The position numbers and the translations under genes are program-made. A DNA stretch of 64,000 bases, taken from NCBI GenBank assembly GCA_963810095.1, contig CAWEMM010000013.1, forward strand, positions 96,001 to 160,000. Reading direction: 5' to 3'. The stretch comes from an uncultured Chloroflexia bacterium. GTDB taxonomy: Bacteria; Chloroflexota; Anaerolineae; CG2-30-64-16. The notes below the pieces were generated by a model that had not been told where the DNA came from, made no database searches, and was given only the letters and a program-made list of their open reading frames with translations. Shown here in pieces: positions 39,490 to 48,273 of this stretch; positions within the stretch are counted from its first letter, which is position 1, and the number at the start of each line of letters is the position of its first letter.

Positions 39490-41337
39490 ATGTGTGGGAT
39501 CGTAGGTTATATCGGGCCGCGCAACGCTGCCGAAATCATCCTGGAGGGCTTGCGCCGGTTGGAATATCGCGGGTACGACTCAGCCGGGATTGCAGTGATC
39601 AGCGACGGCGAGATCGAGGTGCGCCGCGATGTCGGCAAGCTGAGCAACCTGGCGCGCTGCCTGGACGAGAGCCCGATCGCCGGGCATATTGGCGTGGGCC
39701 ATACTCGCTGGGCGACGCACGGCAAGCCGAGCGAACGCAACGCACACCCGCATGCCGACTACTCGGGGCAGTTGGTCGTCGTGCAGAACGGCATCGTCGA
39801 GAACTTCCGCGAGCTGCGAGCGGAGCTGGAAGCCGAGGGCATTCCGTTCCAGTCCGAGACGGACACCGAGGTCATCGCCCACCTGATCGGGCTGCATTAC
39901 CAGGCCGATACGACACTCGAGCAGGCGGTCCGGCTGGCGCTGGCCCAGCTGCGGGGACCGAGCGCAATTGTGGCTTTGTCGAAGCGCGAGCCCGGGACCT
40001 TGGTGAGCGCGCGGCTGGGCAACGCAGGCGGTGTCGCCGTCGGCTACGGCGAGGGCGAGATGTTCATCGCGTCCGACATGCCTGCCATCCTCGAGCACAC
40101 CCGGCGGATGGTCTTCCTCGAAAGCCGCCAGATGGCGGTCGTGACGCAGGAGGGCGCAACCTTCTCCACGCTCGACGGCAAGGAACTGACGCCCAAGCTC
40201 CACAACATCCCCTGGGACCCGATTTCTGCTGCGAAGGGCGAGTACAAGCACTTCATGCAGAAGGAAATCTTCGAGCAGGCGAATTCGCTTACGGACACAA
40301 TTCGGGGCCGGGTGGACCTGGGCCGCGGGGAAGTGCACCTGGAGCAGTTGACCTTGGGCGAGGTCGAGGCGCGGGGGCTGACCCAGTTGGTGAGCGTTGC
40401 GTGCGGAACGAGCATGCACTCCGAACTGGTCGGCGCATTCATGTTCGAGCAACTGGCCCGGCTGCCCGTGCGGGTGGAGTACGCCTCCGAGTTTCGCTAC
40501 CGGGACCCGGTGCTTGACCAGCACACGCTGATGCTGGCAATCACGCAGTCGGGCGAGACGGTGGACACGCTGGCCGCCATGGAGGAAGGCAAGGCGCACG
40601 GCGCGCACCTGGTATCGATCGTCAACGTGATCGGGAGTCAGGCGGCTCGGGTCAGCGACAGCGTCGTGTACATGCACACCGGGCCCGAGATCGGCGTCGC
40701 GTCGACCAAAGCCTTCACTGCATCTCTGGTCGACCAGTACCTGCTCGCGGTCCAGCTGGGCACGCTGCGCGGGACGCTGGACGCCGACCAGCGGCGCCGG
40801 CTGCTCGACGACCTCGCGCAGCTCCCCAACCTGGTGGGGAAGGTGCTCGACCCGGCGAATGTGGCCCAGTACGAGAAGCTGGCCCAAACGTTCTTCCACT
40901 ACACCAACTTCCTCTATCTCGGCCGGGGGATAAACTTCCCCATCGCGCTGGAGGGTGCGCTGAAGCTCAAGGAGATCAGCTACATCCATGCGGAGGGCTA
41001 TCCGGCGGGAGAAATGAAGCATGGACCAATCGCGCTGATCGACGAGAACATGCCGGTGGTGGTCGTGGCCCCGCAGGACCGGGTGTACGACAAGATGATC
41101 AGCCAGGTGGAGCAGGTGCGGGCTCGTGGCGGCATCGTGATCGCCGTTGCCACCGAGGGCGACGACTTCATCGCCACCAAGGCCCAGCACGTGATCACCG
41201 TACCGAAGACGTCGGAGATGCTGACGCCGGTGCTGACCGTGATCCCGCTGCAGCTGCTGGCGTACTACATGGCCGTGCGGCGGGGCGCGGATGTGGATCA
41301 GCCGCGGAACCTGGCGAAGAGCGTGACGGTGGAGTAG
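39490..41337 (+). CDS. glmS: Glutamine-fructose-6-phosphate aminotransferase
   Basis: 'MCGIVG', 'LEYRGYDSAG', 'GHTRWATHG', C-terminal 'PRNLAKSVTVE'; GGAGG RBS. Confidence 0.98.
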   Translation: MCGIVGYIGPRNAAEIILEGLRRLEYRGYDSAGIAVISDGEIEVRRDVGKLSNLARCLDESPIAGHIGVGHTRWATHGKPSERNAHPHADYSGQLVVVQNGIVENFRELRAELEAEGIPFQSETDTEVIAHLIGLHYQADTTLEQAVRLALAQLRGPSAIVALSKREPGTLVSARLGNAGGVAVGYGEGEMFIASDMPAILEHTRRMVFLESRQMAVVTQEGATFSTLDGKELTPKLHNIPWDPISAAKGEYKHFMQKEIFEQANSLTDTIRGRVDLGRGEVHLEQLTLGEVEARGLTQLVSVACGTSMHSELVGAFMFEQLARLPVRVEYASEFRYRDPVLDQHTLMLAITQSGETVDTLAAMEEGKAHGAHLVSIVNVIGSQAARVSDSVVYMHTGPEIGVASTKAFTASLVDQYLLAVQLGTLRGTLDADQRRRLLDDLAQLPNLVGKVLDPANVAQYEKLAQTFFHYTNFLYLGRGINFPIALEGALKLKEISYIHAEGYPAGEMKHGPIALIDENMPVVVVAPQDRVYDKMISQVEQVRARGGIVIAVATEGDDFIATKAQHVITVPKTSEMLTPVLTVIPLQLLAYYMAVRRGADVDQPRNLAKSVTVE

Positions 41338-41437
41338 GGGCCGGCCGGCTCCGCTCTTCAGAACCGGCCCGTGGAGACGGGACGGAACCCAGCCCGGCGC
41401 ACGGCGCGTTGCGGCTGTTCATTCTTCAGTCAGTGAT

Positions 41438-41471
41438 CTCCTGGCGACACGGGGAGCTGTGTCGCCAGGAG
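41438..41471. terminator. Strong hairpin between convergent genes
   Basis: CTCCTGGCGACAC / GTGTCGCCAGGAG 13-bp stem; no U-tract. Confidence 0.5.
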
Positions 41472-41497
41472 CAGGCTGTTGTGATTCCCGACCCGCG

Positions 41498-43027
41498 CTA
41501 CTCCACCACGAACACCGCGTCCGACATGCTGGCGATGCATGCCGCGTCGGGCGCGCGGTATGGGTCCTGGAGGAATTGCGATTGGATCGAGGTCCAACAG
41601 CGGCTGAGGAAGCCATCCGTGTGCCCCATGCTCGGAAACACGTACCGGAAAGCATGCGGCAAGCCCCGGGCGGCGACCTCGCCGAACGCGGGTGGTGTGC
41701 CCGAGTCGAGTTCACCCGACAGGATCAGCACCGGAACCTCAGTCTGCACATGCCCTTCCAGGGCGACGTGCGGCACCTTCCATACTCCGCACACGTCGCC
41801 CATATCCATGAACTCGTCGAGGACGTCTGAGGCGATGCTTTCGGGTAGCTCGCGGGCCGCGGCGATCATTCCCGCCCGCGTCGGATTGGACCACTCCTCC
41901 GCGCATTCCACAGAGTAGTGCATGCCCCAGCTCGTGGTTTCGCCCGGCTCGCCCGCCGACTGCACTTCGCCCAGCTTCTGCAGCAGCCGATAGTCACGGC
42001 GGTAAGTGTTGTGAATCAGCATGGGCAGCCAGCGGATGGTCGAAACGTCGAACATTGCATTCCAGGTCAGCTCAAGGAAGTCGCCGCCGTCGAAATGGCC
42101 GCCCCCGGGCACGGGGAGCGGCGTCCGGTCGAGCTGCTCGATCAGCCCGTAGAAGTCCGCCTTGATGTCCGGATAGGACCTCCGACACGCCGGGTCCGTC
42201 TCGCAGTGGGCGAAGAGGGCATCGAGTTGGTGCGCGTACTCTCGCACAGTGTCGACGTACCAGTTCAGTTCAGGCGGAACGACGCTGTCGAGGACGACCG
42301 CCCGCACGTGGTCGCCGTAACCCCGCAGCACCTCGTAAGCGAGGCGGGTGCCGTATGAGCCGCCGACCAGGTTGATCTGTTCGAAGCCCAGGGCCCGGCG
42401 GACGTCGTCCACGTCCGCGGCATTTTCCAACGTGTTGTACGCCGAGAGGTCTCTTCCCGCTTTGACCAGCCGTTCGTAGCAATCCTCATAATCCTCGCCA
42501 TGACACTTCAGCGACGGCTCGGAGTACCCCGCCCCTCGTTGATCGAACAGGACCAGGGGGCGCTGTGCCAGGTCGCCGACCCAGAGGTCCATGGCCGCTC
42601 GAAACTCCAGCCGGTCCCGCAACTGCCCCTCATACTCGGGCGGGGGATAGCCTTGTGTTTTCAGCTTGTCATAATCTTGAAACAGGGCCACCATGAGGCT
42701 GATCACATCCTGGCCCGGGCCCCCGCCGAGTAGGAACGTTGGCTCGCCGCGCGGCCCACTGCCGGCTTGCCGCAGCACCATCACTGCGAGGCGGATAGAG
42801 CCGCTATCGGGTTTGCTACGGTTTTCCGGCACCGAGACGAAGCCGCAGCTGGCAGTTAGGCCGGTCGGGAGCGAGCCCCAGCACGGCGCCGGTTGACAGG
42901 CGGCAGAGGTCGTCCCGGCCGGAGCAGGCTGCAGAGTCGTGGCGACGGCAGCTTTCGGCACGGCAGCCGGCTGGCAGCCCGCGAGCAAAACGAGGACGAG
43001 AGCAGCAAAGCAAGGGAAACGATGCAC
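41498..43027 (-). CDS. Lipoprotein alpha/beta hydrolase (TAP-like peptidase)
   Basis: Lipobox LAGC; 'CGFVSVPENR', 'GGGPG', 'DQRGAG', nucleophile 'GGSYG', 'SGELD', 'GH'; GTG start after AGGAG. Confidence 0.88.
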   Translation of the reverse strand: MHRFPCFAALVLVLLAGCQPAAVPKAAVATTLQPAPAGTTSAACQPAPCWGSLPTGLTASCGFVSVPENRSKPDSGSIRLAVMVLRQAGSGPRGEPTFLLGGGPGQDVISLMVALFQDYDKLKTQGYPPPEYEGQLRDRLEFRAAMDLWVGDLAQRPLVLFDQRGAGYSEPSLKCHGEDYEDCYERLVKAGRDLSAYNTLENAADVDDVRRALGFEQINLVGGSYGTRLAYEVLRGYGDHVRAVVLDSVVPPELNWYVDTVREYAHQLDALFAHCETDPACRRSYPDIKADFYGLIEQLDRTPLPVPGGGHFDGGDFLELTWNAMFDVSTIRWLPMLIHNTYRRDYRLLQKLGEVQSAGEPGETTSWGMHYSVECAEEWSNPTRAGMIAAARELPESIASDVLDEFMDMGDVCGVWKVPHVALEGHVQTEVPVLILSGELDSGTPPAFGEVAARGLPHAFRYVFPSMGHTDGFLSRCWTSIQSQFLQDPYRAPDAACIASMSDAVFVVE

Positions 43028-43241
43028 ACGTTCTCCTTGCACGACGGCGCGGCGCTTCTCCACCAACTCCTGGCGGAGATCGAACCGCCGTCGCTAACCG
43101 GCGTGCTGAACGTCACTACGTCAAAGCCCACCGCTCGGTAGCGGGCAGGCGTCGAATGTGACCTGGAACGTGCGCGCTGCGTCCACCGCTAGCACGCCGT
43201 GCTCGACGCGAGTTGCGGGGCGGCGAGGTCCGGCGCCGGTT

Positions 43242-44385
43242 CTAGTGGACCGCCGGCTCGATGTAGGTTTCGATCAGGTAGTAGATCGGGTCGTGGTTGG
43301 GCAGGTTCGCGCGGATCGCGACCACGAGGTCCTTCTCCGGGTTGACGTAGATTGTCTGGCCAAAGCGCCCCAGGGCCATGTACGCGGGGAACTTGGGGTG
43401 CGTCCACCACTGGTAGCCATAACCGTTGGCGTTGTCCGTCGTAGTGTGCTTCGCGGTGGCCGCCTGCACCCACTCGGGCGTCGCGATCTGCTCCCCATCC
43501 CATACGCCCCCGCGGAGGAACAGGTACCCCAGCTTGGCCATTTCCCGGGCCGTCAACTGGAGCCCCCAGCCACCCAGCGCAACCCCGTCGCGGCCAGGCA
43601 TCCAGTACGCCTCGGTGATCCCCAAGGGGCTCAACAGCTCCTGCTGGGCAAAATCCTGCGCCTTCATGCCCGTCACCTTACTCACAAGCGTGGTCAGCAG
43701 GTGCGAGCACCCCGAGCAATAGTTGAAGTCGGTGCCCGGCGCCGCCGCCATCGGACGATCGAGCATGAACTTCATCGGGTCGCTTGACGAGTAGAACGCG
43801 CTCAGTGTGGCATCATCATCTGTCCATACCAGCCCCGTCCGCATGGTCAGCACGTCTTCCAGCGTCATCGCCCGTTTGCGGTCGTCCACGTTTTCGTAAG
43901 CGCCCGGCAGCAAGTCCAGGATCTTGGCATGCAGGTCGGTGAGGAAGCCTTTGCGCTGTGCGATGCCAACCAGGGTGGATGCGAAGCTTTTGGTCACCGA
44001 GTACACCTCGCCGCGGCTCGTGGGACCCTGGCCCACCGCGTACTGCTCGAACACGATGTATCCGTCACGCACCACGACCACGCTCTTGACGTCCAATCCC
44101 TTCAGCCGGACGTAATCCATCATCGCGGACAGCCGCCCCGCATCGACATGCATGCGCTGCGGGTCCGTCGGTCTGCCAGCCCTGCGTCGGCCAGTAGCCG
44201 GCCTGGGGCCGCGGCGCTCCGGGCTGAAGGGTCACGGCCGGCGCGGGCTGGGCTGCGTCAGGTGCGGGGGGAGCGAGCGGGGCTGTGCGATTCGCCTGGC
44301 ATGCGGCGAGTAACGCAAGCACCAGCAGGATCAGCACGGCGAGTAAGGCGGCGCGGACGAGTGGGCTGGGCGTAATGGCTGGCAT
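43242..44385 (-). pseudogene. Lipoprotein serine hydrolase (class C beta-lactamase-like) with +1 frameshift near 44150 (possibly a sequencing error)
   Basis: Lipobox LAAC and 'YWPTQGW' in ORF 44065..44409; 'SVTKS', 'FNYCS', 'YGYQWW' and 'GRFGQ' in ORF 43242..44153. Confidence 0.85.
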
Positions 44386-44515
44386 GGTGTCGCTCCGTGA
44401 GGTTAGCATCTATCTGTAAAAGCTCTGGCCGATTTCCGACGGCCGCGAGGCCCCGCCAACGAGTGTACTCCATTCTACCACCAGAATGGTGGCTCGCCTC
44501 AACCAATAAATGCTA

Positions 44516-44545
44516 TTGACTATTGGGGATAAGTTCGGCTACAAT
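44516..44545 (+). promoter_or_regulatory. Sigma70 promoter of the clostripain-CHAT operon
   Basis: TTGACT-N18-TACAAT; GGAGG RBS downstream. Confidence 0.65.
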
Positions 44546-44577
44546 AACGTGGTGTGGCAACCCGAATGGAGGAAGAG

Positions 44578-45870
44578 ATGAGCGCGCCCAAATCTCGCTC
44601 TTGGACGATCATGGTCTACATGGCCGGCGACAACGGCAAGGTGTTCCATACGACTGCCGGTCCAATCCGGCTGATGGCCGAAATGACCAGCGCGGGCTAC
44701 AAGGATATCTGGAAGATGGGCCAGGTGGGTTCGACCCCCGCGGCCGCAGTGACGTGCCTGTTTGACACGCTGCACGGTTCCTACCTGGTGGAGGTGCGCA
44801 AGGGCAACGGCATGGCCAACAGCGTGGTCCAGGCGCTGCCTGCGGTTAACATGGGCGACCCTGAGAACCTGCGCGATTTCATCATCCGTTCGATGACGAG
44901 CTATCCTGCCGAGCGCTATGCGCTGGTGTTGTGGAACCACGGGCTCGGCTGGCTCGACGTGGACATCTACGCGCATGTCAGGCACGAGCCGGGGATGACC
45001 CCGAAGAGCGCTTCCGGTCATGCCCCAGTGTTCCGCTCGACGCCCGCCCGCATGAGCGGCGGCGAGCAGACGCGACCGATCGCGTTCGACGACACGAGCA
45101 AGGACTTCCTGGACACCGAAGGGCTGCGCCGGGCGCTCTCCGAGGCGGCGACTGCAACCGGCCACCGTCTCGACCTCATCGGCATGGACGCCTGCCTGAT
45201 GGCGATGATCGAAGGCGCCCGCGAGCTCCAGCCCTTTGCCGATTATTTCGTCGCCTCACAGGAAGTGGAACCGATGGACGGCTGGCCCTATGCAGCCATC
45301 CTCAAGGCGATCAATGCGCGGCCGCTCATGGCGCCCGCGGAGTTGGCGCAGGTGGTTGTGGACGAGTACGCCGCGGGTTATAATGGCAAGACACGCGCGG
45401 CTGAGGAAGACCCGGTTACCCAGTCGGCCATCGTGACGGCCAACACCGAGGTGACCGAACAGCTGGCGCGCGAGGTGGTCGACGCGTTGATGTACGATCC
45501 GGCCCCGGCCCTCCGGACGATGGCGCAAAGGGCAGTCGACCGCACGTTGACCTTCCAGGACCGCAACTACAAGGACCTGGGCTGCTTTGCGGCCGCGCTG
45601 GCGGTCGAAGCGGCGCAGGTAACGCACCGCAGCGGGCCGCGCATCAAGGCGGCTGCGGAGGCGTTGGCGAGCCACCTTGCCTCACGAGGCGAGGGCGCGC
45701 CCGTGCTGCGGCTGGGCTTTCTGCCCACTTATCAGGGGGCCACCGGCCTATCCGTCTTCCTGCCCCGGATGCTGAGCATGGGACGGCGGGAAGAGACGAT
45801 GCGGGTGTATCGGAAGCTGGTCTTCCCACAGCGGACGGGCTGGGACCGGCTGGTGGAGTGGCTCCTCTAA
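44578..45870 (+). CDS. Clostripain-related cysteine peptidase (C11), no signal peptide
   Basis: 'WTIMVYMAGDN', 'NMGDP', catalytic His 'LWNHGLGW', catalytic Cys 'GMDACLM', 'ASQEVEP', 'GLSVFLP'. Confidence 0.92.
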   Translation: MSAPKSRSWTIMVYMAGDNGKVFHTTAGPIRLMAEMTSAGYKDIWKMGQVGSTPAAAVTCLFDTLHGSYLVEVRKGNGMANSVVQALPAVNMGDPENLRDFIIRSMTSYPAERYALVLWNHGLGWLDVDIYAHVRHEPGMTPKSASGHAPVFRSTPARMSGGEQTRPIAFDDTSKDFLDTEGLRRALSEAATATGHRLDLIGMDACLMAMIEGARELQPFADYFVASQEVEPMDGWPYAAILKAINARPLMAPAELAQVVVDEYAAGYNGKTRAAEEDPVTQSAIVTANTEVTEQLAREVVDALMYDPAPALRTMAQRAVDRTLTFQDRNYKDLGCFAAALAVEAAQVTHRSGPRIKAAAEALASHLASRGEGAPVLRLGFLPTYQGATGLSVFLPRMLSMGRREETMRVYRKLVFPQRTGWDRLVEWLL

Positions 45871-45888
45871 CAGGAACCGGGAGGCTGT

Positions 45889-48126
45889 ATGCCCTTTCGA
45901 CGTGATCTCGCCGCTGCCACGCTCACTAATGTCGCGGCAGCGCTCCATGCGAACTGGGCGCAGCTGCCGCAGACCGGGCAGGACCAGGTCAAGCGCCTGA
46001 TCGACCAATACGGTCACGAGATTTTCCAGAAGAATGCGGCCAATCGCGCCGTAAGTATGGTGCGGCTGCTGGACGAAGTCGCGGTGGTTCCCGGCCTGCC
46101 GCCGTCTGTGACGGCCGCGTTAGCCGCAGGGAACGGCGAAACGACCTCAGGGTTCGTCCGCATCTCCGACGAGCAGCGCGATCAGGTATTGGACGCGTTG
46201 GTGCAGGTGTACGACGCCCGGCGGTACGACGAGCCGTACGAGCTGGCCGAACAGGTGCGCGGCCAGCTGCAGGCTGCGGCGGGGCAGTTAGATGCGAAGA
46301 CGCGGCTACGTTGGCACGAACTGGACCTGGTGTACCAGGCCGGCGGGAACCCCGCCGATTATCTGGACGTGCTCACGGCCGTCCTGGGCGACCAGGCGCC
46401 GGCAGTGCGGGATATGATCAATGCGGGCAAGAGTTGGGGCGCCGTTCCCAAGTTGAGCGCAGCCAAACCGCCGCCGGCGGGCGGTGCGAAGGGCCTGGAG
46501 ACGGGTGGGGATTTTGCGCTCGCCGGCCCATCCACGGGAGGCGGCCGCGGCCTCGACGAGCCATCGCCCACGCCCGTGCAGCCGGGCCCCGTCCAGGTGC
46601 AGCGCTCGGCCAACGTCTACTTCCCCAAGACCGTGCAACTCAGCCAGAAGATGATCCCGTTGATCGTCCACATCGCCCGGGAGCAAGCCGAGCAAACCGT
46701 AAAAATCCAGCAGGGGTCAAGCGGGCTGTCGCTGACCGTGGGCGATATGAAGATCTTCGTGCTGACCGCCGACTTCACCGTCGAGCGCGCGATCGGCGGG
46801 CGCGAGATCGAGGACGTGGAGTACGGGCGTATCGTGCGGGTGAGCCCGGAGGCCGACTCGGAGCCTCTTGTCTTCTTCCTCTCGCCCACCTCCGCAGGCG
46901 AGAAGCGCATCAGCATCGAATTCAAGCAGTCAGGCAAGCGCATCGGGTCCCTGGCGTTCGACGTTGCCGTGATCGAAGAGGCTGTGCCCGCGACCCGACT
47001 GGCCGGCGTCATGGACGGTCAGCCGCCGTTCCTCGTCTCTGCGGCCGGAACGACCGGCGCGGCTCCTATCGCCGTGCCCGACCTTGACCTGCGCGTGCTT
47101 GTGGAAGGCAAGACGCTGAGCTACGTCCTGAGCTCGGCCGACGGCAAGTACGACGAGAAGAAGCTCGGCTCGAAGGTGCTCCTGATCGACCCCGCGCCGT
47201 TCTTTGCGAACATCACGCAGCAGCTGAGCGACCTGGCCGCCCGGAGGCCCGAGTATCGCACCGGCGACGACAAGGCTCTCCCGGGCCAGTTGGGCGCCCA
47301 GCTTTGGGATCAACTGGCTTCCGACGAGTTGCGCGGGGTCTACAAGGACGACCTGCGGGTGAACTACTCTGGGAAGAGCCTCAAAATTACCACCGACGAG
47401 CCGTGGATTCCGTGGGAGATGCTGCGGCCGGTGGAGCTCGAGAACGGGGCCTTCGTCGTCGACGATTCGCCCCTCTGCGAGACGTTCCGCCTCACCCGCT
47501 GGCTGGACGGCCGGGGCGCGCCCGAGCGTGTGCAGGTGAAGGCGGGAGTCATCGTGGCGCCCCCCGAGGACACGCTGCCCTCCGTCCTAGAGGAACTGGC
47601 CTACTTCAAAGCCTTGCCCTGGTTTGCCGCACTTCGTACCAAGGATGAGGTCAACCGGGCGCTGAGTGCCGGCGCGGGAGACCTCTTCCACTTCTCGTGT
47701 CACGGTGGGGTGGATCCAAACGATGCCTGGCTCAAGCTTGGCGACGACTATCTAAAGGCAAGCAGCATCTTGTACGGCCGGGACGTGAATCTCTCGATGG
47801 CGTTCATTTTCCTCAACGCCTGCGAGGCAGGGCAGGCCAACCTGACCATCACCGGGCTGGGCGGCTGGGCACAGGCTTTCCTCCGCCGCTATGCGAGCGT
47901 CTTCATCGGGTCGCTCTGGTCGATCAACGATGCGCTGGCCTCGCGCTTCGCGCGCGCCTTCTACGATGCGCTGCTGGGGCTGAACGGGCAGGAGGCTCAG
48001 ACGGTCGGCGTGGCGTTTCAGGCCGCCCGGCAGGCGATCAAGGCGCTGGACCCCGACAATCCCACATGGCTGGCGTACGTCCTCTACGGCGACCCCAACG
48101 GCCGGGTGGTCGTGGAGACGAAATAG
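45889..48126 (+). CDS. CHAT-domain (caspase-like) protease with uncharacterised N-terminal domains
   Basis: 'IPWEML', 'FHFSCHG', 'FLNACEAG', 'GSLWSIND', 'AYVLYGDP'; GGGAGG RBS. Confidence 0.92.
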   Translation: MPFRRDLAAATLTNVAAALHANWAQLPQTGQDQVKRLIDQYGHEIFQKNAANRAVSMVRLLDEVAVVPGLPPSVTAALAAGNGETTSGFVRISDEQRDQVLDALVQVYDARRYDEPYELAEQVRGQLQAAAGQLDAKTRLRWHELDLVYQAGGNPADYLDVLTAVLGDQAPAVRDMINAGKSWGAVPKLSAAKPPPAGGAKGLETGGDFALAGPSTGGGRGLDEPSPTPVQPGPVQVQRSANVYFPKTVQLSQKMIPLIVHIAREQAEQTVKIQQGSSGLSLTVGDMKIFVLTADFTVERAIGGREIEDVEYGRIVRVSPEADSEPLVFFLSPTSAGEKRISIEFKQSGKRIGSLAFDVAVIEEAVPATRLAGVMDGQPPFLVSAAGTTGAAPIAVPDLDLRVLVEGKTLSYVLSSADGKYDEKKLGSKVLLIDPAPFFANITQQLSDLAARRPEYRTGDDKALPGQLGAQLWDQLASDELRGVYKDDLRVNYSGKSLKITTDEPWIPWEMLRPVELENGAFVVDDSPLCETFRLTRWLDGRGAPERVQVKAGVIVAPPEDTLPSVLEELAYFKALPWFAALRTKDEVNRALSAGAGDLFHFSCHGGVDPNDAWLKLGDDYLKASSILYGRDVNLSMAFIFLNACEAGQANLTITGLGGWAQAFLRRYASVFIGSLWSINDALASRFARAFYDALLGLNGQEAQTVGVAFQAARQAIKALDPDNPTWLAYVLYGDPNGRVVVETK

Positions 48127-48134
48127 GGGCGTTC

Positions 48135-48224
48135 ACCACTAAGGCACAAAGACACAAAGGCGCGGAGGCGGCGAGTGTGAGAAGCGGCTCTTCGTGAATC
48201 TTGGCGTCTTCGTGTCTTGGTGGT
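48135..48224. repeat. Palindromic repeat (ACCACTAAG...CTTGGTGGT), 9-nt periodic
   Basis: accactaag-gcacaaag-acacaaag ... cttcgtgt-cttggtggt. Confidence 0.8.
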
Positions 48225-48273
48225 AAGGGGTTGCCTTCGCTCCCCGGCCAATTCTCCGGTATAATACCGCCCC

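Noticed and set aside
41338-41497. Tn7 element at attTn7
   Set aside because: No tns/tniQ genes and no recognisable Tn7 ends
43242-44385. Antibiotic-resistance beta-lactamase
   Set aside because: Motifs (YCS, GRFGQ) fit the esterase/amidase-like serine hydrolases; no resistance context
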